Part shown: positions 18,101 to 26,966 of the stretch, in pieces
Layout: every line of letters starts with the position of its first letter
How positions within the stretch are numbered: position 1 is the stretch's first letter
Virus record (IMG/VR): IMGVR_UViG_3300006217_000037
From: an uncultured virus (IMG/VR IMGVR_UViG_3300006217_000037)
Taxonomy: Duplodnaviria; Heunggongvirae; Uroviricota; Caudoviricetes
Reading direction: 5' to 3' (one strand)
Length of the DNA: 64,000 nucleotides
Program-made: the position numbers and the translations under genes
The notes under the pieces: generated by a model
Seen by the model: the letters and a program-made list of their open reading frames with translations, nothing else
Told to the model about the DNA's origin: nothing
Databases searched by the model: none

Positions 18101-18840
18101 TATCCCTCTATGTCAGCTATCGCTTTAAATATTGGGTAAAACTGCTGTGGAACTACTGCATTTCCGAGGCACTTAATTCTGTCCATCCGGCAGGAAATCC
18201 CATTAACCACTCTACCCACTCCGGGTTCAGCTCTCCACTTTTCTCTGTGGTGTACTTTACAACACCCTTTAGATTCCCCCGCTTTAAGTCGTGCTCTGCA
18301 CTCTTGCTCCCCCTTGGCCCGGAACCTTTGTAGTCCGTCGCTTTCGGTGTGGGCCACAATCACACACCTATCGCGTCTGTGTGGGGCATCTTTGGCGCAA
18401 GCTGGAATAATAAACGCCTGTGTGGAGTAGCCCGAACTTTCCAAGTCAGATAACACTGTGTCGAGTTCCATTGTGATGATTCCAGCAACGTTCTCACCAA
18501 CAAACCAAGCGGGCCGGATTTCTTGCACAATTCTAAGCAATTCCGGCCAGAGGTAACGGTCATCCGCCACGCCTCTTCGCTTCCCGGCAACACTAAACGG
18601 TTGACATGGGAATCCCCCAGAAATAACGTCAACTGTTCGCAATCCTGTCCGCTCATAAAAGTTCTCCTTTGTCAACGCCCGAATATCCTGCCAGCGCGGT
18701 ACGTCTGGCCAGTGCTTTTCCAGCACTTTTGTGGGATAGTTCGCCCATTCGCACTGGCCGACTGTCTGAAATCCGGCCCATTCTGCCGCAAGGTCAAAAC
18801 CTCCTATGCCAGAAAAAAGCGAAAGGTGCGTTTTGCTCAT
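18100..18840 (-). CDS. DNA (cytosine-5) methyltransferase, large subunit lacking motif IX
   Basis: Motifs I FSGIGG, IV GFPCQ, VI ENV, VIII HRRDR, X LGNAV; only 246 aa. Confidence 0.9.
   Translation of the reverse strand: MSKTHLSLFSGIGGFDLAAEWAGFQTVGQCEWANYPTKVLEKHWPDVPRWQDIRALTKENFYERTGLRTVDVISGGFPCQPFSVAGKRRGVADDRYLWPELLRIVQEIRPAWFVGENVAGIITMELDTVLSDLESSGYSTQAFIIPACAKDAPHRRDRCVIVAHTESDGLQRFRAKGEQECRARLKAGESKGCCKVHHREKWRAEPGVGRVVNGISCRMDRIKCLGNAVVPQQFYPIFKAIADIEG
18153..18656 (-). CDS. Nested alternative-frame methyltransferase small subunit (motif IX), interrupted by TGA at 18360-18362
   Basis: Internal SD AAAGGAG before ATG 18656; WPTP.. and LNPEWVEWLMGFPAGWT in the same frame. Confidence 0.75.
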
Positions 18841-19042
18841 TTTTTACCCACCTCAAAACAGCGTCCTTCCGCTCTTTTCCCGCCAAATGCCAGAAGAAAG
18901 CATTTTGATTTTCGGAAAACGGTGCAGGACGGTTCATTCTCTCTGTGAAAAATCTTTCCTCCCGCAGCCCAGGGCGGAGAGTTCGCCGCCCCGAACTATG
19001 GAGGGGGGAGGGATACAGAGGATGGAAATCCCTGCATCCCCT

Positions 19043-19051
19043 ATCATAGCA
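19043..19051 (-). promoter_or_regulatory. Candidate late promoter of prophage A (extended -10)
   Basis: TGCTATGAT downstream of regulator gene, upstream of MTase/terminase. Confidence 0.35.
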
Positions 19052-19087
19052 TAGATTTTGGCGGTCCGTTCTCCAATTGGCAACCGG

Positions 19088-19300
19088 CTAAAAATTTTTT
19101 TCGTGCCCGCAAAGATAATCCAGCGTTACATTAAAAAAATCTGCAAGTTGAATGGCGGTATTGATGTCTGGTACTCTCTCTCCGCGTTCATATCTGCTGA
19201 TTGCGCATTTACTCAGCCCGCAGCATTCCCCCAGCTTTTTCCGATCCATCTGTGCCCGTTCACGCAGCCTCCTCAGCCTCCTGGGGAACTCACTTTCCAT
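19088..19300 (-). CDS. XRE-family HTH regulator
   Basis: RLRRLRE...AISRYERGERVP...LADFFNVTLDYL. Confidence 0.85.
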   Translation of the reverse strand: MESEFPRRLRRLRERAQMDRKKLGECCGLSKCAISRYERGERVPDINTAIQLADFFNVTLDYLCGHEKNF

Positions 19301-19490
19301 CCTTCGTTGTTCCTTCCGGCAGATGCTCGCTGCAATGCAACCAGTTTACGACTGTACCCCGCACCGTGCAGCTATTGTTGGTGCAGGTAGAGCACTTTCT
19401 GGCAACTCTCCTCTTGCGCTTAGGTGGGGGCGCTGGCGGTGCAAGAGCCCCAAGGCCGATCGGCGCAATGCAGTCCTTCCGGTCAACCAT
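19290..19490 (-). CDS. Small Cys-containing hypothetical protein
   Basis: SD AGAGGAGG; MVDRKDCIAP..., 66 aa. Confidence 0.5.
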   Translation of the reverse strand: MVDRKDCIAPIGLGALAPPAPPPKRKRRVARKCSTCTNNSCTVRGTVVNWLHCSEHLPEGTTKDGK

Positions 19491-19896
19491 GCTTGTCCTC
19501 CTCTCGGCTGATCTTCTCCACACAGACGTAAATCCCAGGTACCTCGGCCCAGAACTTTTCGCAAATCTCCGACGCCACCTGCGCATCGTCCTTCCAGAAC
19601 CCAACAGCTGTCATGCAGTCCTTGAGTAGCTTTTGCAGGTTGTCGGTGTCGGGCTTGGTGATCCGGTACTCACCGTCCTTGTGCGGCCCTCTGGGGAAGC
19701 ACCACTTCACCAGTAGACGCACAGCACCCTCCAGAGGGTGCGCCGGCTTATGCCCGGCCAGATGGGCTGTCAACTTGGACCGGGCTGTTGTCACTTCCGG
19801 CGGATCGTAGAACACTGGCTTGCCCTTGACCACACGGACCTGCTTCTCCTGGTGCGTGGCGGTGGGCACTTTTTCCATCGCCATAAAAAATTCCAT
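19483..19896 (-). CDS. rusA: RusA-like Holliday junction resolvase
   Basis: KPDTDNLQKLLKD...WKDDAQV. Confidence 0.88.
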   Translation of the reverse strand: MEFFMAMEKVPTATHQEKQVRVVKGKPVFYDPPEVTTARSKLTAHLAGHKPAHPLEGAVRLLVKWCFPRGPHKDGEYRITKPDTDNLQKLLKDCMTAVGFWKDDAQVASEICEKFWAEVPGIYVCVEKISREEDKHG

Positions 19897-19939
19897 TCAC
19901 TTCACCTCGCTAAAGTGCGTCTTTTTTCTCGCGCGCTAA

Positions 19940-20215
19940 GGGGTGGGCGGTCAAAAAGCAGGGGGCGGTCAAAAAGGGGGGGTATATACCCCCCTTTTTG
20001 ACCCCTGTTTTTTTGACCCCCCGGTCAACTTTTGAACAGGGGTCAATTTGACTTTTGACCCCTAAATTGACCCGCAATTATAAACAAATTCTTGCTATAA
20101 AATCCGCTCACTTTTTGCGCGTTTTGCCAGGGTCAATTTTCAAAATTTCTTTCTGACCCCATAATTGACCCCTGGGTCAATTTCCAGAATTATCCGTTTT
20201 GACCCTTCTGACCCC
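19940..20215. repeat. Iteron cluster, putative replication origin of prophage A
   Basis: At least a dozen TGACC/GGTCA copies in both orientations; near-perfect palindrome 19967-20003. Confidence 0.7.
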
Positions 20216-22414
20216 ATTTGGGGTGCGCTCAAAATCTGGGTGCTCATCCACATAATCCCGGACCGTATTTTTTGACTTGCTCATGTAGCTGATGAGTTCG
20301 GTCAGTGGTACACACCCGCTGCCATCCAGATCGCAGGCGTCAAAGGCGGTTTCCAGGGCGTCCAGTCGTTCGCGCCGCCGGTCCTTGGGTGGTGCAGATG
20401 GTTTTGCGCTCTTCCAGGCGGGAGCCTCTTTCTCCGGATCGATGTCCCCCAGCACGCCGCTGCTGTCCAGCCTGTGAATGGGATAGTCGAACCACAGGTT
20501 AACCGGGGGGAACTTCGGGAACTCTCTAAGCGTCCCGTCAATACGCCACGCTGTGCGGGCCTCTGCGGCCCTTCTGGCGGCCTCTGCGGCGGGGAGCATA
20601 TCCCGGTATTCCCCGTCTGTCAGGACGGTCTTGCAGGCCTCCAGGGCGGCTCTCTCACTGCAAAGGGCATCCCGGCTGACTTCGTTTAATTTATTCATCT
20701 TTTCGAGGTGCTTGCCGCAAGCCTGTCCCACGGCGTTGTTGATCTCCTGCTTACGCAGGTCCTCGCTTACTGGCAGTTCAATGAGGTCCAGAAGTGCGTC
20801 CGGGTCACGGGCGAACACCCCCGAGCCACTGGCCCGGTCCATGGCCCTCTTGCCACCCTGGCTGCCCTTGCTGTGGTGGTGGCAGTAAATGACTGCACAG
20901 CCCAGCTCGGTGCATACCTTGTCAAACTGATTGCAGAATTTCGCCATCTGGTCGGCGCTGTTCTCGTCTCCGGTTATGACCTTGTAAATGGGGTCAATAA
21001 CGATTGCGATATAGTTCTTTTTCATGGCCCGGCGTATCAGCTTGGGTGCCAGCTTATCCATGGGGATGGAGCGGCCACGGAGGTTCCAGACGTCGATACT
21101 CCCCAGGTGCTGCGGGGGGTATCCCAGGGCCTCGTACACGTCCCGGAAACGGTGTAGGCAGGAGGCCCTATCCAGCTCCAGGTTGACGTACAGCACACGC
21201 CCCTGGGCGCAGGAGAACCCCAGCCACGGCCGCCCCTCGGCGATGGAGCAGCACAGTTCAATCAGGGCATAGGACTTACCGGCCTTGCTCGGCCCGGCCA
21301 AGAGCAGCTTGTGGCCCTGACGCAGAACGCCCTCAATCAGAGGCGGGGCCAGCTGGGGCAGGTTGTCCCAGGCAGAGGCCATATTCTCCGGGTCGGGCAG
21401 GTCGTCGCTGACGCTCTCGATCCACTCCCGCCACTCGCTCCAGGAGGCCTTGCCGATATTGGTGTCCACCAGGAATTGCTTGTGATTGTTCCGCTTGGCG
21501 CCGGGCAGGCGGGACAGCCGGGAGGGGTTGCGGTTCTGCTTGTCAACCTTCATCCCGTTCTTTTCACAGACGGAATACAGGTAGTCAACACGGGTACGGT
21601 ACTCCTCATAAGAGGCGGCATCAATGCGGACAATGGCGTGGATGCTTTTGCCGCCCGAGTACACCAGGCAGGCCACAGGCAACTCCAATTCCCGGATAAA
21701 AGCGTTCTGCTCCCCCAAATCCATGCTGTCCGATTCAATCAGGGCAAACCGAAAGGCGGTCACGTTGTCATTCTTCACGCCCTTGCCGTCCAGGGGATTG
21801 AACCGTATCCAGGCCCCCGTGCCGGGGTCATAATCCCCCAGCACCGCCCCCAGGTCATCCCCGCACTTCTTCAGCGCCTCGATCAGCTGGCCCGCCGTGC
21901 GGTCATAATTCCCTCGGGTGGGCTTACGCTCCCCGTCCTCCGCCTCGAATGTCTCTGTCACATAGCCGACGTAATCATCCGGGGAAAAGAGGGTACCGAG
22001 GTATTCAATCAGGTCATGGGCCGGGTGCCATTTACTGTCGGGGGGCTCCTGTATCTCCCGGCTCTCCAACCATGCCGTATTGACGATTATCTGCTCGTCC
22101 TTTGCGCTGATTTCATCATCCCAGCTCAATTCATGGCCGGGCTGAGAGGGGGCAGGCCGCCAGCCCATGTCCATGGCCATCTTCACCACCGTGCCGCCTG
22201 TGACCGGCTCCGCATTCCCGGTGAAGCTCTCCCACTTGCGCAGGCACTCCCCCGGATGATACCGCTTACCGTCCCGACGGCTCCAGTCCTCCCAGGCAGA
22301 GGCGGGATAGCCTGCTTCCTTCAATCCCATGCCAACGGCAACCCATTCCTGATATGAGAGGCCAGCCGGGTCGATATGCTCCAGCGCCTCCAGCAGATCA
22401 AGGGTGTTTTCCAT
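20177..22414 (-). CDS. Primase-helicase (PriCT-2 + AAA_25/RepA-like)
   Basis: YQEWVAVGMGLK N-terminus, SGGKSIH, GPSKAGKS Walker A, HHHSKG. Confidence 0.88.
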   Translation of the reverse strand: MENTLDLLEALEHIDPAGLSYQEWVAVGMGLKEAGYPASAWEDWSRRDGKRYHPGECLRKWESFTGNAEPVTGGTVVKMAMDMGWRPAPSQPGHELSWDDEISAKDEQIIVNTAWLESREIQEPPDSKWHPAHDLIEYLGTLFSPDDYVGYVTETFEAEDGERKPTRGNYDRTAGQLIEALKKCGDDLGAVLGDYDPGTGAWIRFNPLDGKGVKNDNVTAFRFALIESDSMDLGEQNAFIRELELPVACLVYSGGKSIHAIVRIDAASYEEYRTRVDYLYSVCEKNGMKVDKQNRNPSRLSRLPGAKRNNHKQFLVDTNIGKASWSEWREWIESVSDDLPDPENMASAWDNLPQLAPPLIEGVLRQGHKLLLAGPSKAGKSYALIELCCSIAEGRPWLGFSCAQGRVLYVNLELDRASCLHRFRDVYEALGYPPQHLGSIDVWNLRGRSIPMDKLAPKLIRRAMKKNYIAIVIDPIYKVITGDENSADQMAKFCNQFDKVCTELGCAVIYCHHHSKGSQGGKRAMDRASGSGVFARDPDALLDLIELPVSEDLRKQEINNAVGQACGKHLEKMNKLNEVSRDALCSERAALEACKTVLTDGEYRDMLPAAEAARRAAEARTAWRIDGTLREFPKFPPVNLWFDYPIHRLDSSGVLGDIDPEKEAPAWKSAKPSAPPKDRRRERLDALETAFDACDLDGSGCVPLTELISYMSKSKNTVRDYVDEHPDFERTPNGVRRVKTDNSGN

Positions 22415-22419
22415 TACGC

Positions 22420-24000
22420 TTACACTCCTACATACTCAGACGGGTTAATGTTTCCGGGCACCCGCCAGCCATTGGCGGCAATCCGGTCAATCAGGTGCTT
22501 TGCCGTATCAAACTGCCACTGGCCCACATGCTGGAACCCTTTGCCCTCCAGGAACCGAATTTGTTTCGGGGTCGTCAGGCCCTCCACCCGGCGCTTTGCC
22601 AACCGGTCCAGGAGCAGCGTCGCCTTGCCGGCGGTTTCAATCTCGTCCGGGAAAATGCCCAGCTTTTCCAGGGTGGCCCGCTGTTGGTCGCTAGGCGGCC
22701 CCATCTCCCATCCGAAGGAGGGAACATAGCTGGACAGGTCCGCCGCCTGGATGGACATTTCAAATTGCAAGGGATCCACCAGCTTGCGCTTGCGGGAGCG
22801 CATTTCGGCCAGCTGCTTTGCCAGGGACTCCTCCCGCTGGGCCACGACATCCTCGCTGGCCTTTTTCTCGGCCTCCTCAATGTCAACCGGGCATCCGGCC
22901 GCCTCGATGTTCTCGGTCATCTTCCGGGCCACCTCGTCCGATTCACAAATCAGGTTGGCGGGGTGGCACAGCTCATGGCGCTCGGTATGCCACAGGAAGT
23001 CCAGGAGCAGCAGGTCCTCTTTGCCGGGAAACAGGCGGGTACCACGTCCCACCATCTGGCTATACAGGCTCCGTACCTTTGTGGGCCGTAGCACCACCAC
23101 GCAATCCACGCTGGGACAGTCCCAGCCCTCGGTCAGCAGCATGGAGTTACACAGGACGTTGTATTTTCCCTCGTCAAAGTCCTTGAGGACCTCCGCCCGG
23201 TCTTGGCTATTGCCGTTGACCTCCGCCGCCCGGAACCCCTGGGCATTGAGCAGGCGGCAAAACTTTTGAGAAGTGCGTACCAGGGGCAGGAATACCACCG
23301 TCTTGCGGTTCTCGCAGTAGGTACGCATCTCCTCGGCGATCTGGTGTAAGTAAGGATCAAGGGCCGTGTCAATGTCGGAGTTTTTGAAGTCCCCAGCCTG
23401 TACCCCAACACGAGAGAGGTCAAGGGTCAGGGGGATGGTGACGGCCTTGATTGGGCAAAGATAGCCGTCTTTGATGGCCCTGGGCAGGGTATATTCATAG
23501 GCCAGGTGCTCAAAGTACTGGCCCAGGTTGCGCATATCCCCACGGTCGGGGGTGGCGGTAACTCCCAGTACCCGCGCCTCTTCAAAGTAGGTAAGCACCC
23601 GCTGATAGCCGTCAGACAGGGCATGGTGGGCCTCGTCCACCACGATCACGTCGAAATAGTCAGCCGGGAACTGTCCCAGCCGTTTCTCCCTCATAAGGCT
23701 CTGGATGGAGCCAACCGTTACCCGGTACCAGCTGTCCAGGCACGTCTCCTCCGCTTTCTCCACGGAGCAGCGAAGGCCCGTAGCCTGGAGCAGCTTGTCG
23801 GCGGCCTGATCTAGCAGCTCCCCACGATGGGCCAGAATCAGGCACCGGCGGCCAGAGCGTACCATGTCCTCAACGATCTTTGAGAAAACAATGGTCTTTC
23901 CGCAGCCGGTCGGCAATACCAGGAGCGTCCTGAGGAACCCGGAGGCCCAGTCGCTTTTTACAGCCTCCCGGGCCTCCTGTTGATAGGGCCTCAGCTCCAT
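22420..24000 (-). CDS. SF2 DEAD/DEAH-box helicase
   Basis: LRPYQ, PTGCGKT, DEAHH, TATP, QMVGRGTR. Confidence 0.92.
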   Translation of the reverse strand: MELRPYQQEAREAVKSDWASGFLRTLLVLPTGCGKTIVFSKIVEDMVRSGRRCLILAHRGELLDQAADKLLQATGLRCSVEKAEETCLDSWYRVTVGSIQSLMREKRLGQFPADYFDVIVVDEAHHALSDGYQRVLTYFEEARVLGVTATPDRGDMRNLGQYFEHLAYEYTLPRAIKDGYLCPIKAVTIPLTLDLSRVGVQAGDFKNSDIDTALDPYLHQIAEEMRTYCENRKTVVFLPLVRTSQKFCRLLNAQGFRAAEVNGNSQDRAEVLKDFDEGKYNVLCNSMLLTEGWDCPSVDCVVVLRPTKVRSLYSQMVGRGTRLFPGKEDLLLLDFLWHTERHELCHPANLICESDEVARKMTENIEAAGCPVDIEEAEKKASEDVVAQREESLAKQLAEMRSRKRKLVDPLQFEMSIQAADLSSYVPSFGWEMGPPSDQQRATLEKLGIFPDEIETAGKATLLLDRLAKRRVEGLTTPKQIRFLEGKGFQHVGQWQFDTAKHLIDRIAANGWRVPGNINPSEYVGV

Positions 24001-24528
24001 TTAGAAAGTCCCCGTGTTCCAGGGGGTGGGGGTCCCCTGGGGCAATTCAGTCCACTGCTGGTCGGAGCCTTGGACCGCAGGGGGCTGGACTGCCGGCGCA
24101 CTCTCCGGGTCGTAGAACTCCGTGATCTCGTTGCTCTCCCGCTCCTTGCCGTCGTTGCCCGTCCACTTGCGGACACCCACATGACAGACGCCGGTTGAGC
24201 CGGGGACGGCCCCCCAATTCATCCGCATGGCCTCACCGTGTTTGCGCTGGCCGATGGAGGTAAAGAACTGGCACAGTTTCCACTCGAACTTGCTGTGGAG
24301 GAACAGACTGGTTATCACATCGCCAGACGCCTCGGCGCTGCTGACCGTCACCGTCAGGATGGCCTTGTTGCAGGCCGGGATTTTCTCGCTGCCGCTGTGC
24401 CGGGCACGCTCGAATTTCTTCACGGTGAAGTTGTAGTCCCCCTCGGGGAGAACCTGGAACGGGCTGTCATCACGCTGGATTTCATCATCCCAGCCAAATT
24501 CGCGGGGCATAGAATCGTACTCGCTCAT
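24001..24528 (-). CDS. Single-stranded DNA-binding protein (DUF669-like)
   Basis: VLPEGDYNFTV, aromatic C-terminus; follows Sak4-like ATPase. Confidence 0.65.
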   Translation of the reverse strand: MSEYDSMPREFGWDDEIQRDDSPFQVLPEGDYNFTVKKFERARHSGSEKIPACNKAILTVTVSSAEASGDVITSLFLHSKFEWKLCQFFTSIGQRKHGEAMRMNWGAVPGSTGVCHVGVRKWTGNDGKERESNEITEFYDPESAPAVQPPAVQGSDQQWTELPQGTPTPWNTGTF

Positions 24529-24624
24529 GTTGTAGCTCCTTTCAAGCTGTCCAAAATTTTTGCGGGAGGATAGTTGCACTTGGCCGTACAACTATCCTCT
24601 CTTTCCTTCCCAGGTTATAAGGCC

Positions 24625-25743
24625 CTAAAAGGGGAGGGGGTCATTGGCCTTAATCCAGTTGTAGACCTGCGCCCATGCGCCGACCAAAACGCCTTGGATG
24701 AAGTCGGCCGGCAAATTCTCCAGCGGGGTTTGCTCCGGGAAATACCCACGGGCCGCAAAGGCCGCCTGCACTTGGTAATCATCCACACCGTTGGCTTTCA
24801 TCAGATCACGCAGCGCCTTGAGCGCATCGGCGTTATCCTGGGGCTTGGCGTCCTCCTGGGGTGCCGGGGTAGGCGGCGGGGCCGGGTCAGGTGCCGGGGG
24901 CGGAGGGGGCGGCGGCGCCGGTTGCGGGGCCGCACTCGTACCCGCAGGGGCCGGAGCAGGGGCGGGGGCGCTGGCCTGCGCCGGGGGCGGTGTCACCGGG
25001 GCGGCGGGGGCCGCCCCCGTGCCGATGTACTGCGCCAGGGCGGAGAAGTCCAGGGGCAGCTCCTCCGGCAGTCCCAGCCGGTTCTTTGCGTCCCAGCACG
25101 GGTGATGAGCAGTATACATGATACGTTTGCCGCCTTGCGCTTTGTGCTTTTTGCCTTTATCATCCGCCGCCACAACCATAACCTTGTAGTTGACGAAAAG
25201 CAGAATGTCCACGTATTCCTTCACCATGTTGGCAATGCTACATTTCGGACTGTCAATCAATTTCAGTCCCCAACAGTCATAAGTTCCAAATTCGTCCGGT
25301 TGCTCCCGCCGCTTTGTTGCGGCATGAGCGGTAAGTACAACATGGATACCCCGATTCGTGACTTCTGACAGTAGGTTCAGCAGTTCCCCAAAACTCTCAT
25401 AGGTGAAGGTGTACCCCCGGCCATAGTCGAACGACTCCAGGCCGCTTTTCTGATACTTGGCACAGACAGACTTGATACATAACTTTTCCGCCCAGTCCAA
25501 GGTATCAATAATCAGCGTCTTGCAAACCTCGTGGTGGTCAATTACATACCGTACTTCCTGCAAGAGCATTTCCCAGGACGTGGGCTTGTCGAACCGAGAT
25601 ACGTCCAACTCCTTTGTGCTGTCCTCCGTGTCAATAAACAGCGGCGCGGGGAAGTGAGACACAAAGGTGCTTTTTCCAACACCTTCCACGCCATACACGC
25701 AAATTTTCTTTGCGCTGGGGATTTTCCCTCGGGTAATGTTCAT
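24625..25743 (-). CDS. AAA_24 / Sak4-like ATPase with Pro/Ala linker
   Basis: GVEGVGKST, IIDTLD, WDAKNR, C-terminal DPLPF. Confidence 0.8.
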   Translation of the reverse strand: MNITRGKIPSAKKICVYGVEGVGKSTFVSHFPAPLFIDTEDSTKELDVSRFDKPTSWEMLLQEVRYVIDHHEVCKTLIIDTLDWAEKLCIKSVCAKYQKSGLESFDYGRGYTFTYESFGELLNLLSEVTNRGIHVVLTAHAATKRREQPDEFGTYDCWGLKLIDSPKCSIANMVKEYVDILLFVNYKVMVVAADDKGKKHKAQGGKRIMYTAHHPCWDAKNRLGLPEELPLDFSALAQYIGTGAAPAAPVTPPPAQASAPAPAPAPAGTSAAPQPAPPPPPPPAPDPAPPPTPAPQEDAKPQDNADALKALRDLMKANGVDDYQVQAAFAARGYFPEQTPLENLPADFIQGVLVGAWAQVYNWIKANDPLPF

Positions 25744-26282
25744 TCAGTTTCTCCTTTCTTTTTCCTGCCTCGGGGACGCTGATTTTTCCTTTGCTCTTTC
25801 ATGGTAGCCCAGCGACAATTATCCGGGCTATAACCTTTGTCATTGTCGATACGGTCAATCGTCAAATCATCAGCATACCCATGAGCAAGCGCCCAATTAT
25901 GGAAAGCAGTGAAATCATGGAACCATCCTTCGCAGACGGTGATACCGCGACCACCGTAGTCCCTGTAATTTTTATGGTTGCGGTTGTAACATCTTTGTTT
26001 CATGCCAGTCCAAATTATGTACAAGCGGTCCTTTTTCCCATATTTTGGTGAGGCCCCGTGAACTGTTCGACATTCTTTAAATTTGTCCAATCTTAAACAC
26101 CCACATGATTTCACTGCCCCGCTGTTTAAGTTTCTGGCTGAAACCAATGTTTCCTGCCCACATGAACATGCGCACCGCCAATAGCTGGCGTTATGACCAT
26201 CAGACCGTTTTTTATATCCAGCGAAACCTATGACTTCGAGCCTACCGAATCTCTGCCCGGTCAAATCAATCAGATTACCCAT
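25740..26282 (-). CDS. HNH homing endonuclease-like protein
   Basis: DLTGQRFGRL, CSCG..KSCGCL, YGGRGITVC, TIDRIDNDKGYSPDNCRW. Confidence 0.85.
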   Translation of the reverse strand: MGNLIDLTGQRFGRLEVIGFAGYKKRSDGHNASYWRCACSCGQETLVSARNLNSGAVKSCGCLRLDKFKECRTVHGASPKYGKKDRLYIIWTGMKQRCYNRNHKNYRDYGGRGITVCEGWFHDFTAFHNWALAHGYADDLTIDRIDNDKGYSPDNCRWATMKEQRKNQRPRGRKKKGETE

Positions 26283-26499
26283 GTTTTACCTCCCATACAA
26301 AGTCTTGTGCGCATTGAAGCCGCAATTCCTCCGCACGCTCGAACGAACTGGCGCAAATATGAACACACCAGCCAGCATGATTTTCCATAAGTTCACAGGT
26401 GCATTTGTCCTTTGCTCCGTTAAACACGTTAATAATCCAGAGTGCCGGACGGTCTATCCCCATGTGCGGGCGTGGGAAGTTGATTATCTTGGCGTTCAT
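26275..26499 (-). CDS. Hypothetical protein
   Basis: 74 aa, SD AAGGAGG, first gene after leftward promoter. Confidence 0.55.
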   Translation of the reverse strand: MNAKIINFPRPHMGIDRPALWIINVFNGAKDKCTCELMENHAGWCVHICASSFERAEELRLQCAQDFVWEVKHG

Positions 26500-26519
26500 A
26501 ATAGGGCCCTCCTTTTTAA

Positions 26520-26594
26520 TAGCTATTTAATAGCTTTACGATACTATACTACTACTTGACCTCTATGTCAATATGTTTTAGTATTAAATAGCTA
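26520..26594. promoter_or_regulatory. Overlapping divergent sigma70-type promoters with inverted operator pair
   Basis: Minus TTGACA-17-TATAGT (26571-26543); plus TTGACC-17-TAGTAT (26556-26584); TAGCTATTTAATA at 26520-26532 and its inverse at 26582-26594. Confidence 0.7.
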
Positions 26595-26617
26595 CTAAAT
26601 TACAAGGGGGTTTTATT

Positions 26618-26806
26618 ATGCCAGCGGCAAAACCGGGAAAAATTGCTACACAAATGCGATATGATGAAGTCCTTTATGCCAAAACAAAAATTATTGCTGA
26701 AAGTGAAATGCGTACCGTAAACGCTCAAGTCGAATATTTTATGAAGAAAGGCATTGATGCTTACGAAGCCGAACATGGACCTATTGTGCTTCCAGATGAA
26801 GATTGA
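26618..26806 (+). CDS. Arc-like ribbon-helix-helix regulator
   Basis: TQMRYDEVLYAKTKIIAESEMRTVNAQVEYFMK pattern. Confidence 0.75.
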   Translation: MPAAKPGKIATQMRYDEVLYAKTKIIAESEMRTVNAQVEYFMKKGIDAYEAEHGPIVLPDED

Positions 26807-26954
26807 CCTGTGCGTTCCAGAGTTTTTTCCCTTGCTCTAAGAGGATAACAAGGAAAGCGTTCTGAGCAATCCCCATCCGCGTTGCCTCTTGCTTGATGTA
26901 CTCATGCATACCGACAGGGAGCCGAACTTGTGTTGACACATAATCGTTTTTCAT
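26781..26954 (-). CDS. Second ribbon-helix-helix protein, 57 aa (not in ORF track)
   Basis: SD AAGGAG; MKNDYVSTQVRLPVGMHEYIKQEATRMGIAQNAFLVILLEQG... Confidence 0.7.
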   Translation of the reverse strand: MKNDYVSTQVRLPVGMHEYIKQEATRMGIAQNAFLVILLEQGKKLWNAQVNLHLEAQ

Positions 26955-26966
26955 AATGCGCTCCTT

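Noticed and set aside
24850..25030. GC-rich low-complexity repeat
   Set aside because: Encodes an ordinary Pro/Ala linker in the Sak4-like protein
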